A stretch of DNA of 64,000 bases from Adineta vaga. Taxonomy: Eukaryota > Animalia > Rotifera. Positions 1 through 12,428 of this stretch are shown here, in pieces; the stretch's first letter is position 1; every line of letters begins with the position of its first letter. The notes beneath the pieces were generated by a model. The model was not told where the DNA came from. It searched no databases and saw nothing but the letters and a program-made list of their open reading frames with translations. The position numbers and the translations under genes are program-made. Location: NCBI GenBank assembly GCA_021613535.1, contig CP075496.1:10850001-10914000 (forward strand), given 5' to 3'.

Positions 1-7
1 TTTTTAG

Positions 8-1491
8 TGTTTTATCCATGTTATTTTGGAAAACCATATCATCATATACTGATGGTGAAATAAGGTGTCGAATGGTTCCTTATCTTATGTTAACATCAAC
101 CTATATTTCTGTTTATACGTAAGTTCAAAACTCTTCGAGTTCGAAAATATTTGAAATGAAAATACGAATATAATGATATTTTAGTCACTATATGAACAAA
201 GATAAAAAAAAGCTTCCCAATTAGTTTTAATGTATGCTTGAAAACTATCAACCAAATTCGTTCAACTAGAAATAAAATAATTCATAATAGAACTTCTTTT
301 GAGCTTCAGAAAATCCCGTATTACTTTAGTTTCACAATTTGTATTTCAATAGCTCGGCTTAAAAATTCAAGAGATTGAATCTTATCTTTTTGTTACGTTT
401 AATTATTCATAAAAACTAAAATCCAATTACATTTTAGTCTTGTTGTCATGGCAATTGATCGTTATCAAGCTATTGTACATCCCTTATCAATCTATACTTG
501 GACACAATTGGCAGGTCTATATCATATGATGATTGTTTGGTGCATAAGTCTTTTACTTGCATCACCACAATTATTTATTTTTCATATGGAATACAATTCA
601 CAAGATGAAAGAAAAGTCTGTCGAGCAAAATTTTTAGAACCAGGAAATACATGGGAACTAATTTATATCGTATGGACTATTCTTGTTCAATTTGGTTTAC
701 CTGTTTGTATTTTAATTTATTGTTATGGTTCAGTTCATGCTATTGTTAATCGAAGTTATTCAATGTATCGATTAACTGATAATTGTCGAACAATGAGTAT
801 CACAAATTTACCAACATTAACAATACCAAAAAATCATAGTAATCTATCTTCATCAACATTGACAATCGATCGAAATACAAAAATAACACGAAAAAATCAT
901 ATTCGTATTCAATATCCGTCCGTCGATTGTTCAAGTGTATCAAACAATGTTACATTTTATAATAAACCTCCGTCACTAATGTATCCTGTAGTCTTTCGTT
1001 TAAGACGTCCATCAACTGAAACACCAACACATCAAAGTTCAATGAGTTTAGATGGACAAAAACTGCAACAACGTTATGGCGCTAGTCATTTTCTATCGCG
1101 TGCACGTCTGAAAACAATTAAATTAACGTTTATTGTGGTTGTAGCCTATATACTTTGTTCTACACCATTCTATATTGGATTATTTATGAAGGTTTCTAAT
1201 CCAAAATTTCTCTCACAAAAAACCATGAATTGGTTAATGACTATTTTTACTCTTCTGTTCAATTTAAATAGTTGTTCAAATCCGATTATATGTTTAACAT
1301 TAAGTAGTGCTTTATTTCGGTAAGTTAATCGATAAAAGTTCTTCTCATTTAATTCAATGAATGATTTTAGACATAAACGTAATCATAAACAACCATTAGT
1401 GGTACCATCAAGAAAAAGTCATAGCAATCAAGAAAAACAAACTCATTATTCAAAAACAAAAATATTGAAAAAACGCTTCTTTTTATTTTAA
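8..1491 (+). CDS. Class A neuropeptide GPCR, vasopressin/oxytocin/CCAP/GnRH superfamily (5'-truncated by window)
   Basis: Exons ~8-118, 438-1319, 1371-1491. TM3 CRMVPYL...STYISVYTLVVMAIDRY; TM6 SRARLKTIKLTFIVVVAYILCSTPFY; TM7 LNSCSNPII; long Ser/Thr-rich ICL3. Confidence 0.85.
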
Positions 1492-2611
1492 ACTCTTCTC
1501 TGTGATATATTTTGTTCGTCTGTTTGTTTCTATTTATATTTTAAAAAAGAAAAACTTGTATATTTTCTCGAAAATGTTTTACTTATTTGTTAATGAGATC
1601 TGAAAATACTATTTTCCCTACCGAGTGGGTCATTATTTTTTTTTCAGGGTTAATTATGAAGCATCAGATGATCTTTAAGAACGTTTTCTGTATAAAATTG
1701 CTTTTAATAATAAACGTATAAATGTCGAAATTTGAGAAGTATGACGTAGATTATAAGGATTATGATTATGTCGAAACATTTTGAGATATATAATCAGATA
1801 ATTCATTTGACTTTTGAATGAGATTTTCCATTTCATAAAATGTACTAGCTACTTTTACATGAATGATTTTGTATCTATCTATGTCATTTATGCATGAATA
1901 ATGTGGAAAGTGAATATACTACAAATAGATGATGTTAAAGTTTATATTTGTACTGCGTTTAGTCTTCATTTTGAAAACTTTTATTTCGTGTCCTGCGTAG
2001 GATGTTGATATATATTAAGACTAATTAATTGAATAAATTTGTTTTTCCTTTTTTTGACATGAAAATTGGTATTAAATATATATCGATTCGTTGAACGGAA
2101 ATTATATCTAATTTTTATTAACGTTACTACAATAATTGTTTGCGATTGTGGGCGAAATTATTAGTTAACTTTAACATACTTGTCAAGTAATTCTTATGAT
2201 TTACTAATTTAAAGATGAAAAAATTCTTCAAACATTAAATTTAGATAATTTATTGAAGTGATTCATGTGTAATTCATTTACTTAATAATGAATAATGTAT
2301 ATGTTTGAGTATATCACTTATTCATAGAAGTTCAAGCTTTTCAATAATAATCTGTGACTGATTACTTGAACTTGATAATCAGTGTTGACTCATGGACCTT
2401 CACAGTTGTTTAGTCGATAATTATGATTCTGGTGACGTCATGTTTTACTCCAAGAACAAAGTGAACACCCTTTTTTATTCTATACGATTGTATCATGTCC
2501 TTATTTTACTAGAAAAAAAGAAATCATTGTGCATAAACATCAAAAGGTACTATTATTAGAATCGGTAACAAAAAAATAATGCGCAAAACATATCATCGCT
2601 ATAAATCGAAA

Positions 2612-2679
2612 GACGTCATTGTGACGCTAAACAAAAGAATTAAGCTTTTTCGTCAATGACAAACGGATTCGTATATAAA
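2612..2679 (+). promoter_or_regulatory. Core promoter of GY micro-gene copy 1 (CRE-like sites plus TATA)
   Basis: GACGTCA 2612-2618, CGTCAATGA 2651-2659, TATATAAA 2672-2679, 83 nt before ATG 2755; a further full TGACGTCA at 2433-2440. Confidence 0.6.
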
Positions 2680-2754
2680 CGATGTGCAAACGATAACTGA
2701 TTATAATACATATTAACATTTACATATTTATAATTTCATATACAAACGATCATA

Positions 2755-3131
2755 ATGAGCAGTAAGTATTTTTCAAATCGTGTTTCATTTAGTAATCATA
2801 TTTTGTTTATTGAATAGATTTTATTAATAATCGTATTGAACGTACTCTTGGAATGGATTTGAATGGCGATGGTTATATTGGTGGACAAGGTAAAACTTAG
2901 ATAAATACATCGAAATTCCTATTTTTTAACTACTTGATGTTCTTAGGTTTCATGAGTCGTATTGAACGAGCAACTCATATTGATTTCAATGGTGATAACA
3001 TCATTGGTCGTCGACCTGATGTCTATTATGGCTATGGTGGCTATAGCGGTTATGGTGGCTATAGCGGTTATGGTGGTTATCCTAGCTATGGCTATAGTGG
3101 ATATAATTCTGGACCATACAGATATTATTAA
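2755..3131 (+). CDS. Small protein with two DxNGD loops and Gly/Tyr-rich tail, copy 1
   Basis: Exons 2755-2761, 2818-2889, 2947-3131 give MSNFINNRIERTLGMDLNGDGYIGGQGFMSRIERATHIDFNGDNIIGRRPDVYYGYGGYSGYGGYSGY...RYY. Same exon structure as the paralog at 3977; AATAAA near 3205. Confidence 0.85.
3030..3080 (+). repeat. 18-bp coding tandem repeat (GGYSGY)
   Basis: tatggtggctatagcggt repeated about 2.5 times. Confidence 0.8.
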
Positions 3132-3839
3132 TCGTTATAATAAACATTTAACTTTTTTTTCTTTGGTGTAACTCATTTGTATAAAAAAAACTCAAAGTTT
3201 GATAAATAAAAGTTTCCGAGTTAATCTAATCTGTTCTAAAAATGTTTTCAGTAATTTCATCTGAAAGACTGGTTTATGAAAAGCCACTGATCAATCGCAC
3301 GAATATCGACGGCTACTATCGGTAGTAATACATGTTATCGTCATAAATTTTGATTGAATAAATGCAGTAAAACTACATGCAATTATCAAAACGTCGATGT
3401 TTCTTTCTATTTCAGAAAAAAAAATTTCCGATAAATATCACAATGGATACATTTGTCCTCAAAGTTGCTTTGATAGTAATATTTGACAAGATTTTGATGT
3501 CATCAACGACGTTTGTTTTCTCATGTTTATTCAGTTTCTATAATTTGTTATGCATTCATGCTTGAAGTTGAAATTTTTGTGACTAAAACGAACAATATAG
3601 AAAACATTGAAATATAGGCGATTGCTTATTACTTATTGCATCAAAACATACATTATAATATAATGAAATTACTATCATTAAATTGAATATTATTCAACAA
3701 GCTACGAAAGAATGACTACGTAAATCGTAATGACTATGTTGAAAAACATGATCTAATTAGATGAATAACAAATATGCATGAAATATGACTTTGTTATTAG
3801 TTATGACGACGAGAATGAAAAAATCAATCAAGCATACAT

Positions 3840-3901
3840 TGACGTCAGAGATTCGATATCTGTACGTCAATGATGGAAGCACACCTGGACTACTATATAA
3901 A
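3840..3901 (+). promoter_or_regulatory. Core promoter of GY micro-gene copy 2 (CRE plus TATA)
   Basis: TGACGTCA 3840-3847, CGTCAATGA 3865-3873, TATATAAA 3894-3901, 83 nt before ATG 3977. Confidence 0.6.
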
Positions 3902-3976
3902 TGAGGTAGAAAAGTAAGACATATATAACAAAATATTACAATTGTATTCTCTGAACTGTACAAATAAAAAACAAAT

Positions 3977-4337
3977 ATGAGCGGTTAGTATTTTTTTTCT
4001 TCATTTTTTATTTGATCTAATCGTATTTTATTCCTGATGAATAGGTTTTATTAATAATCGTTTTGAAAGTCGTCTTGGAATGGATTTGAATGGTGATGGT
4101 TATATTGGTGGACAAGGTAAAACTTAAACACATGCATGTAAACCCCGAACTTCTAACTATTTGATTATCTTAGGTTTCATGAATCGTATTGAAAGAGCAA
4201 CTCATATTGATTTCAATCGTGATAACATCATTGGTCGTCAACCTGATGTCTATTACGGTTATGGACCATCTTATGGATATACTGGTTATACTGGCTATGG
4301 CACCCAAGGTTATCCAACTGGTACATATCGATACTAG
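3977..4337 (+). CDS. Small protein with DxNGD loops and Gly/Tyr-rich tail, copy 2 (missed by ORF track)
   Basis: Exons 3977-3983, 4045-4116, 4174-4337 give MSGFINNRFESRLGMDLNGDGYIGGQGFMNRIERATHIDFNRDNIIGRQPDVYYGYGPSYGYTGYTGYGTQGYPTGTYRY. Confidence 0.85.
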
Positions 4338-4670
4338 TTATCATAAACACGACCATTTCCTCTTTTCATTTTGACCTTAGTGATCGATATGCATATTGAT
4401 AAATAAAAAAATTGAAACTAATTGATTAAATATCAAAAGAATTACAATTTTTTTAATGAATTGAAAATATCCATATGAATATGTTCTATAAATTTTATTT
4501 CAAACATATACATTTAAAAGTTGGCAAAAGAAAAACAGAATTCATTTGTCTATCACTTGCAATTCACATATAAATATAAATAACCAAACAGAATCATTAA
4601 CATTTCTATAAATTAACAATAAACAGAAAAGAAAATAGGTATATTCATCCACCTAAAAAGAAAAGACAAT

Positions 4671-5590
4671 TTATCCTGGAAAATGTTCGAACAGAGTAGG
4701 TGGTGATTTTAAATAAATATATACGTATATAATAGGAACGAATAATGCAATAAGTATGATAGCACCAATAATATGCCAAAATTTACAACCACAATCAGCC
4801 CCATCACAAGTAAAATCACTTTTGGTTTTCGTTGTTGATCGTATGATCATTGTGTTAGTTGATTGATTAGAAATTATTGTAGTTGAAGGAGTTTCAATTA
4901 ATTGTTCAACTTTGGCACGCATTGATGCTAGATCATGATCCATTGCATTTAAAAAAGCATGATGATTCTGTTGAGATAAATGTGTTATATGTGGTGAAGA
5001 TGTATTCGTTGTTGACTGTTCATGTAAATCAACAATTGTTGGAGATGATAAGGATGATTCGTGAAGTAAACCAAAACGACGTACGGGCACTCGACAATAT
5101 TTCAAAGCATAGAAATCTTGATCATTCTGTAAATTATTCAAACGTTTTAGTTGTGAAACCTGAAAAAAAAGATAAAACTTTTGATTCATTTTTCAAATTT
5201 AAAACTAAAACAAAAACTTACAGGTACACGATAACGAATAGCAAATGCTTGAAGAGTTTCATTAGCTCGAATAGGTTTTTCAATGATGACAATTGAACCA
5301 CCACCATGTGCCACTGGCGTAGATTCTTGCTCTTGTTTACTATGACGTGAACGTACAATATGTTGCGTTTGAAGTTTCATGTTATCAACATTATCATCAT
5401 CAGAATCAAATGATCCTAATTCAATACTATGATTATCGTTTTCAGAAGGAGATAAAAGTGGTTCTGATAATAGATTATTATTTTGAGTAAATTTATCATT
5501 TCTAGAATGATTTTGTCGAACTCTCTTATTCTTTTTTGATGAAGAATTCGTTTTTAAAGAAGAGAATAGAGATTCTTTTAATATATCCAT
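4671..5590 (-). CDS. LYSMD3: LysM domain protein with C-terminal TM helix (LysMD3/4-like)
   Basis: Exons 5590-5222 and 5159-4671. LysM: IEKPIRANETLQAFAIRYRVPVSQLKRLNNLQNDQDFYALKYCRVP; CDGADCG followed by hydrophobic FWHIIGAIILIALFVPIIYVYIY. Confidence 0.85.
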
Positions 5591-6554
5591 TGTATAAAAG
5601 AAAACTAATAGAGATTGATAATACGAACTATTTAAAGAGAATATTGAATGATATACATAGTTCGAATTTGTAGAATTAATCAATAGAATAATATCACTTG
5701 AACAACATTGTGATATTAAATAAAAATATGCAATGCAACACGTCACGTCATTTTATTTTTTTTTTCAAGTCATAAATAATATGAAACGAATGAAGATTGG
5801 TCTAATGTGTGACTATATGTACATACACAGTAAGAAAGTAAAATAAGTGAAAGAGGGCGTTAGATGACTCTTTACATTGAAGAGAACTGATCATTGTCGA
5901 TAAAAATTGGAAGTAAAATGTAATAGATTCAACATAAAAAAACTTCTTGCCATATATTTATAATGAATTATCAGCCTGATTAGATTGAATATACAGCTAG
6001 TTCTCAGATTGTTCGATCCAAATGTAATCTTCTCATTTTGTCTTGATGAGATATAGAGACTGCTCTAGTCATCTGATAATACATCATGCCAGTTGTTGGG
6101 GTTCTTTTGATTACTAATATTGCAAACTGTCGTACATTCATTCAAATCATAGCACGACAGTCTCTTGCTTACCATACGATCAATTAACTTATTTAGAACT
6201 ATTTGTATTTCTGAGAAACGATGTAAGATGAATTGCAATTTTAAAAATTGTGCATGGGAAAAGCTTCCCGTTAAAGTAAATCCTATATTGACACTAAGAA
6301 AACAATTCAAGTATGATGTGAAAAAGTTTTCTCTATACTCTTAAATTCATATAAGTTGTTTTCGTATTCCATTGATTTGCGACATCTATTTCTATTGATC
6401 TAAGAGGCAAACAAAAGCAAGCTTTTCTCCTCCTTCTACATATATTTCATTCGGTAATTAATGGAACAACGAATCTATTTTCTTGTTTATTTCTCGAAAA
6501 TTGGAATAACATCATAATGGTCAGAAATTCTTGCCCGTGTCGGTATCTGTTACA

Positions 6555-8445
6555 ATGTCTCATCGACAAAAAATCTATGTTGGCTTGGTCGTCTCAGCCG
6601 GAGTTTGCACCGGTATAGGTTTGTTTCTTTATCTACGTCATCGTCGACAAATCGCATGTAAATCAATTGTATTTCATCTTTTCAACAATCTATTCACTCT
6701 TTTTCCTGTAGTATCAAAAGCTCCAGATGCTTCAAATCGATCTCTAACACCAGCATCGATTTTATCTTCATTGAAATCACCTCGTGGTCGCACTTACAAT
6801 GAAATTACCTCAGTCGAAACCGATAAGACTGAAACAGATACAGTACGATTTCAAAGTGGTGGTAAGACAATTTCAAATCTTTATTTTACTTAAAACGAAT
6901 CATCGATAATATTTGAAGGTGCTAATATAGAAGTCAATATTCCTGGCGGTGGTGTACCATTAACACCTGATCAAGCAATTATTTTAACACAGTTTCTTGA
7001 TGAAAGTGACATTGATATTGAGCGATTAAATCGTATTCTAACAAATATTGCAAATGCCGCAACATTTTCAGAAAGTGAGTTATTTTTCATATATTCGGAA
7101 TTTTTTGTTTCAAAAACTTCACGTTACAAAAACGGTCCACGAGACTTTTCATGCTATTTTAGCAATGATCTTTCTATGTGTTTAGGAGTTTCATTGGCGA
7201 CTTAATCCCAATCTAGATTTGATCTTTGATTTGTATTCGTAGATCAAGTCAATCTAACCAATGCTGGTTGTATCGAACGTCTTCGAGAACTACTTTCAAC
7301 AACAGAGAATGAAACTAGTATATGTAAGATTCTCTTAGCTTTAAATAATCTTGCTCTCAATGATTACACTATTACTCATTTTTCGGTAAGATAAACTACT
7401 AGTCAATTCCGTTTGCACGGTATTTTCTTCTAGGGTATAATTTCAAGTATCATCAGTCTCTGTCGTGCAGCTCAGTCCAAATCACTTGTACGCCTTTATG
7501 GATTGAATTTATTAGTCAATATGTCTGTACTTGAATATCTTCATGATGAATATACGAAAAATATTCTCGACCTTGGGACATTAATCGAATCAACTTTTGA
7601 TAATAAGGAAGAAAGTTTATCTGCTGGAAAGATTCTTGTTAATTTATCAACGAATAAATCTAATCTTGAAACTTTATTAAAGCTGAATGTAAGTAAATAA
7701 AAAGTTTCATTTTTGAAAGTATAAAAAAAAAGGTGATGTCCTTCTAGGGTATTGACTTGCGAACAATTGTGAATATGTGTACACCAAAGAAGAAATCAAA
7801 TGATCATGATGAACTAACAAAATTAGAGGATATTCTCCTTCGTTATTTAACTTTCTATTGTAATTTAGCGGAAATAATTGTTAATGAACTTAAATTAGGA
7901 AGTGCAAATACGAATATCTTTTTACATGATCCAATTCCATATGGAGAAAATGCAGTTTATTTCGAATTATTTGATAATGTTAGTCTTTGATAGTTAATAT
8001 AAAATACGAAATTTATCTAATTTGATTATTTTAGGTCAAGCAAATGTCTACGAAATCTATTCTTCGTCCTCAATATTCTTCACCGACTATCAATAATCAA
8101 ATAAAACGTTTTCGTCAATCATTGGATACTATTCGACAAATTCAATTTGAATCATCTGTTTCATCTGTTCAAGATGAATTCAATGAAAGCGATCATTCAC
8201 ATACACCCACAATTTCTGATGCATCGACACCAAAAAAAATGACATTACCACTTGAAAATGAAGATTTAGCAGAGAAATCTTTCAATCATTTTGAAAAAGA
8301 AATCAATGATGAATTCGCAGATGATGATACAATTCTTGCTGGTGAAACGACTCCATCAGATCAATCATTAGCTAGTTTTCGTTCGGCTTATTCATCCAAT
8401 GAAAATAATACATTCACCAGTCCGGAAAAATTCAATTCAACATAA
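6555..8445 (+). CDS. Armadillo-repeat protein with N-terminal TM anchor (ARMC10/ARMCX-like)
   Basis: Multi-exon. N-terminal IYVGLVVSAGVCTGIGLFLYL; ARM segments ILTNIANAATFSENQVNLTNAGCIERL, KILLALNNLALN, GLNLLVNMSV, AGKILVNLSTN. Confidence 0.65.
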
Positions 8446-8604
8446 AATCTCATTCAATCTTGTCTTTCTTCGTCCTATCTACATTCATAGATTGTCCTAT
8501 TAAACATGAAATCTTTCATTTTTGATAATAGTTTTGGAAAATTATTTTTGTTTGCCTTGTAGATAATATTTGTTTCGTAACACTCAATCTATTCGATCAA
8601 TAAC

Positions 8605-9303
8605 ATGGGTGTCGATCTTGATCATCGTTTCGATCGTAAAGCCGTACGACGAGCACCACGTTCACACAATTTATATTTGCTCTTACTTGTTAAACTGTAC
8701 CGTTTTTTGGCACGTCGTACAAGCTCAAAATTCAATAAAATTATCTTGAAACGTTTATTCATGTCGAATACAAATCGACCACCACTTTCATTGTCACGTC
8801 TTGTTCGTCATATGAAAAAGAAAGGTTTGATTGGTTTTTTTTCCGAAAGAATTCAAAGTCTTTCTATTTTAAATTCATTTGATATGTGTAGGTCGTGAAA
8901 GTAAAACAGCTGTTGTCGTTGGTTCAATCACTGATGATACACGACTTTATGAAGTTCCTAAACTTACTGTTTGTGCATTACATTTGACCGAACGTGTTCG
9001 TGCAAGAATTCTTGCTGCTGGTGGTGAAATCTTAACATTCGATCAATTAGCACTTCGTTCACCAAAGGGTAAAGGTACCGTTTTATTACAAGGTCCACGA
9101 AAAGCCCGTAAAGCTTATCGATTCTTCGGTATGTTTCTTTTTCAAATATTTCCTAGTCTATTTTTCTAAAACAATTCTTTTTCTATCATTTAGGACGACC
9201 ACCTGGTGCTCGTCATAGTACAACCAAACCAAAAGTTCGATCAAAAGGTCGTAAATTCGAAAAAGCTCGTGGTCGACGTGCTAGTCGTGCATACAAGAAT
9301 TAA
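8605..9303 (+). CDS. RPL18: 60S ribosomal protein L18 (eL18)
   Basis: Three exons; [39 protein letters not shown]...[25 protein letters not shown]. Confidence 0.97.
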
Positions 9304-9692
9304 ACAATTGACAATTGGTATTATTATTAAATTTACCATTTATTTTATCCATCAATACTTTTGTTTTTTTCTTGTATAAAACAACATAAGAGCAAGATAA
9401 GAAAGAATAATAAAAGAAAAACAAAACGTGGTTTACACATATCGAGATTTTGTTCATTTCATACGTTCAGATGAATGCGTTTAAAGCTACTTTCATGAAT
9501 GAAAACAATATATTGACTGAAAATCGATCTTTTTAAGATGAAAGAAAGAATAGATATGTTTGTTTCTTAGTAATTATAATTAAACATGCTTATCTTGCTT
9601 TATTAGTAAAATACATACACACGAATATATATATAAAAGCAGAAAAAATATAGTACATTGAAACAGGTAAAAACGGTTCAAGGTCACTGAAT

Positions 9693-12325
9693 TTATTCGT
9701 CATTATCATCTTGTTCAAATAATCCTTCTGATCGTCGTAAACGATAGAAAGATGTTAACATTCGAAACATGAATGTTGCAGGTACAGTTATTGTACTTGA
9801 TGTTTCTTCCATCATTGCATGATTACGTTTTATTGTACGACAAATAAGATCACTATCATCAATGGGTGTTTGTGCCAATGGTGAAAAGATTTTTATATTA
9901 CTAAACAAATATACATAGAGAATAAGTACGCAGAAAAATAAGATATAAACATACTAATCAATTCCACTTGATGCTAATATAGGATAATCTAATGGATGTG
10001 GTTGAACACAATTAACAACATGTTCATCAGCTTGTATAATTCGTACGATATTACCAGTAAATTTATTCCAAATGAATATATGTCTAGAAATATATATTTA
10101 TCTTCTTTTTTTACATATGATTGTATACTTTCTACAAAAACTTTTACCCGCAATCAGAACCTGACATTACATATGAATCAGACCAAAAATTTGCTTCTTT
10201 AATCATTGTACGTGCATTCCGATGGCCATCATATGAATTGATTATACCAAGACTAGGAACATTTTTTAGAAGATTTTCTTCATGACATCGTTCTGCTTCA
10301 CGACGTTTCATTATACGATCCCATTTAGCAGTCATTAATGGATGACGATTCCGTCGAGATGAAGCAGAATTCTCTGTTGTTGCTGGCGTAGATTGAGAAT
10401 CTTCATTATCTTCCTAATAACATTCAAGTTAAAATATGAAGTAAATGAAATAATACTTTCAATGGAATTACATCTTCGTCATCTTCATTAACACTATCTT
10501 CGTTGTCATCTTCATCATCATTGTTTTCGTCGCCTTCTTCTGTGGTATTTCTTCTTCGATCACCTCCAAACAAAACGTCGAAAAATCCAGTTCGCTATAA
10601 TTAAAAAACAAAAGAATGATTTCAAGGAAGACTTGCAGCTGAAGAAACAAACATCTTGACTATTTCTGATTCCGTATCGGACTTGTTGCTGCTGCTGCTG
10701 TTGTTGTTGTTGTTGGCTCAATGGGTGGTGGTGATGGAGGTAATTCTACAATAGGACTAGTGATAATTGGCGTAGATTGAGTTTGTTCTGTTGTTTCAGT
10801 AGTTGCTGAGGGTGAGCCACCATTATTAGTTGTAGCTGTTGTTGATTCACCTTCTTCATTGTTTGTTTCGGTGCCAGCAACGAGCTGTGTTAATATATCA
10901 CTCATACGTTGCATAAAAAAGTTTTGTAAATTACGATTTCGTGTTGTTCCTGTTGTTGATGATTGTTGTTGTCGTTCATTTAAATTCGAATCAGTATTTG
11001 TTGATGCCGATTGTTGAGTATCATTAGTATTATTACTATCGACAGTAGTAGTTTCTGTTGTCGATGCTGATGATAGTTCTGTTTCTTGTTCATTAATTGG
11101 ACGAGAATCAGGACCTGTAATCAAAACATAGACATGAAATAAAGATTTGTATGTAACTAGATTAATCTACCTGTATCACTCCAATCTCCTCGAAGACGTA
11201 ATCGTTTAAATTGAGAGGGCTTCTTTTGTGACGTCGTGGGAGATTCATTTGATGTTGTTTTACTTTCATTAAGATTTACGCGTAATTTTTTTTCATTTCG
11301 ATGTTCAGTCAAACGTTCTTGAGATTGTTCTTGAGATAGTGTTTGTTTTGGATCCAGTAAATAGAGTGATTCCGATGAATATGATGCTAAAATTTCTGTA
11401 CCATGTTGATTAAACACAACAGATGTTATACGTGGTGGTCGTTTTACTTTACGATCAGTCAGAACAAAACGAGATATAAGTCCATTTATAGAACCTTCAC
11501 ATCGACGAAAGGTTGCCGTATCAGATTGAGAAAGAGTAGTCAGTTTTCGATGATCATAAAGACGAACAGACTAGATATACAAAAGACAGATATTTAAACT
11601 AAGTTAAATTTTATATTTCAATAGACAAAAAATAACTGACTGAATCAGAACAACCGCAAACAATTTCATATGGATTCATTGAATTAACATCAATTGATGT
11701 AATACCCCATTTACTTTTGATCAATATATCATCGTTGCAATGTGCTTTTAAACAATTACTTTTTGTTCTTAGATCATATAATCGTACTGTGCAATCATCT
11801 AAATTGTAATAATAAAAGAAAACATGAGTAAAGTAATTTCTTTTCATAAACAAGAAAATATTTACCAGAACATGAAAAAAATAAACTTGGTGTACGTGGG
11901 ATAACTCTTACTTCATAAGTTGTTGCTGCTCCATGACATGTAAAACATCCATCGTTACTATGCGAAATTTGTGGTCGATCAAAATCCGTATGAAATATAA
12001 CACCATCTCCAGAACAAGAAACAACACGACGATCATTTGTTTCCGGTAGAAATCGAGCAGAAAAGATATTTTCTCTATGACCACTATGAATACTTGTCAA
12101 AACTTTCGTTGTATATGGATCGGTAACAATAAGATGTTGATCATCAGAACCTGATAATATTGCTGAACCGCGATCATTCCAGCATATCGTATTTACACAA
12201 CCACGATGTACATTCAATGTTCGATCTAATTTCAATCGTCGTGTTATAGAAGCTGAATTTTTCAATTTAACTAATAAACGTCGATGAGAAAGAAGACCAT
12301 ATTGCCTTTCCGATAAATAGGGCAT
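9693..12325 (-). CDS. DCAF6: DDB1- and CUL4-associated factor 6-like WD40 protein
   Basis: Multi-exon. [14 protein letters not shown]...[52 protein letters not shown]...[20 protein letters not shown]; long S/T/acidic insert. Confidence 0.92.
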
Positions 12326-12428
12326 CTGAAAAATAAACAGAGCATTTGAAATAGAGTTATTTTCTTGTTTTTATTTTTATTCAATGAACGGAAAACAAAT
12401 TCGCCTAACAAAATAGGAAAAGAAATAT

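Noticed and set aside
3260-3340. Possible relic third copy of the GY micro-gene (NIDGYY-like)
   Set aside because: Only a few matching codons and no supporting exon structure.
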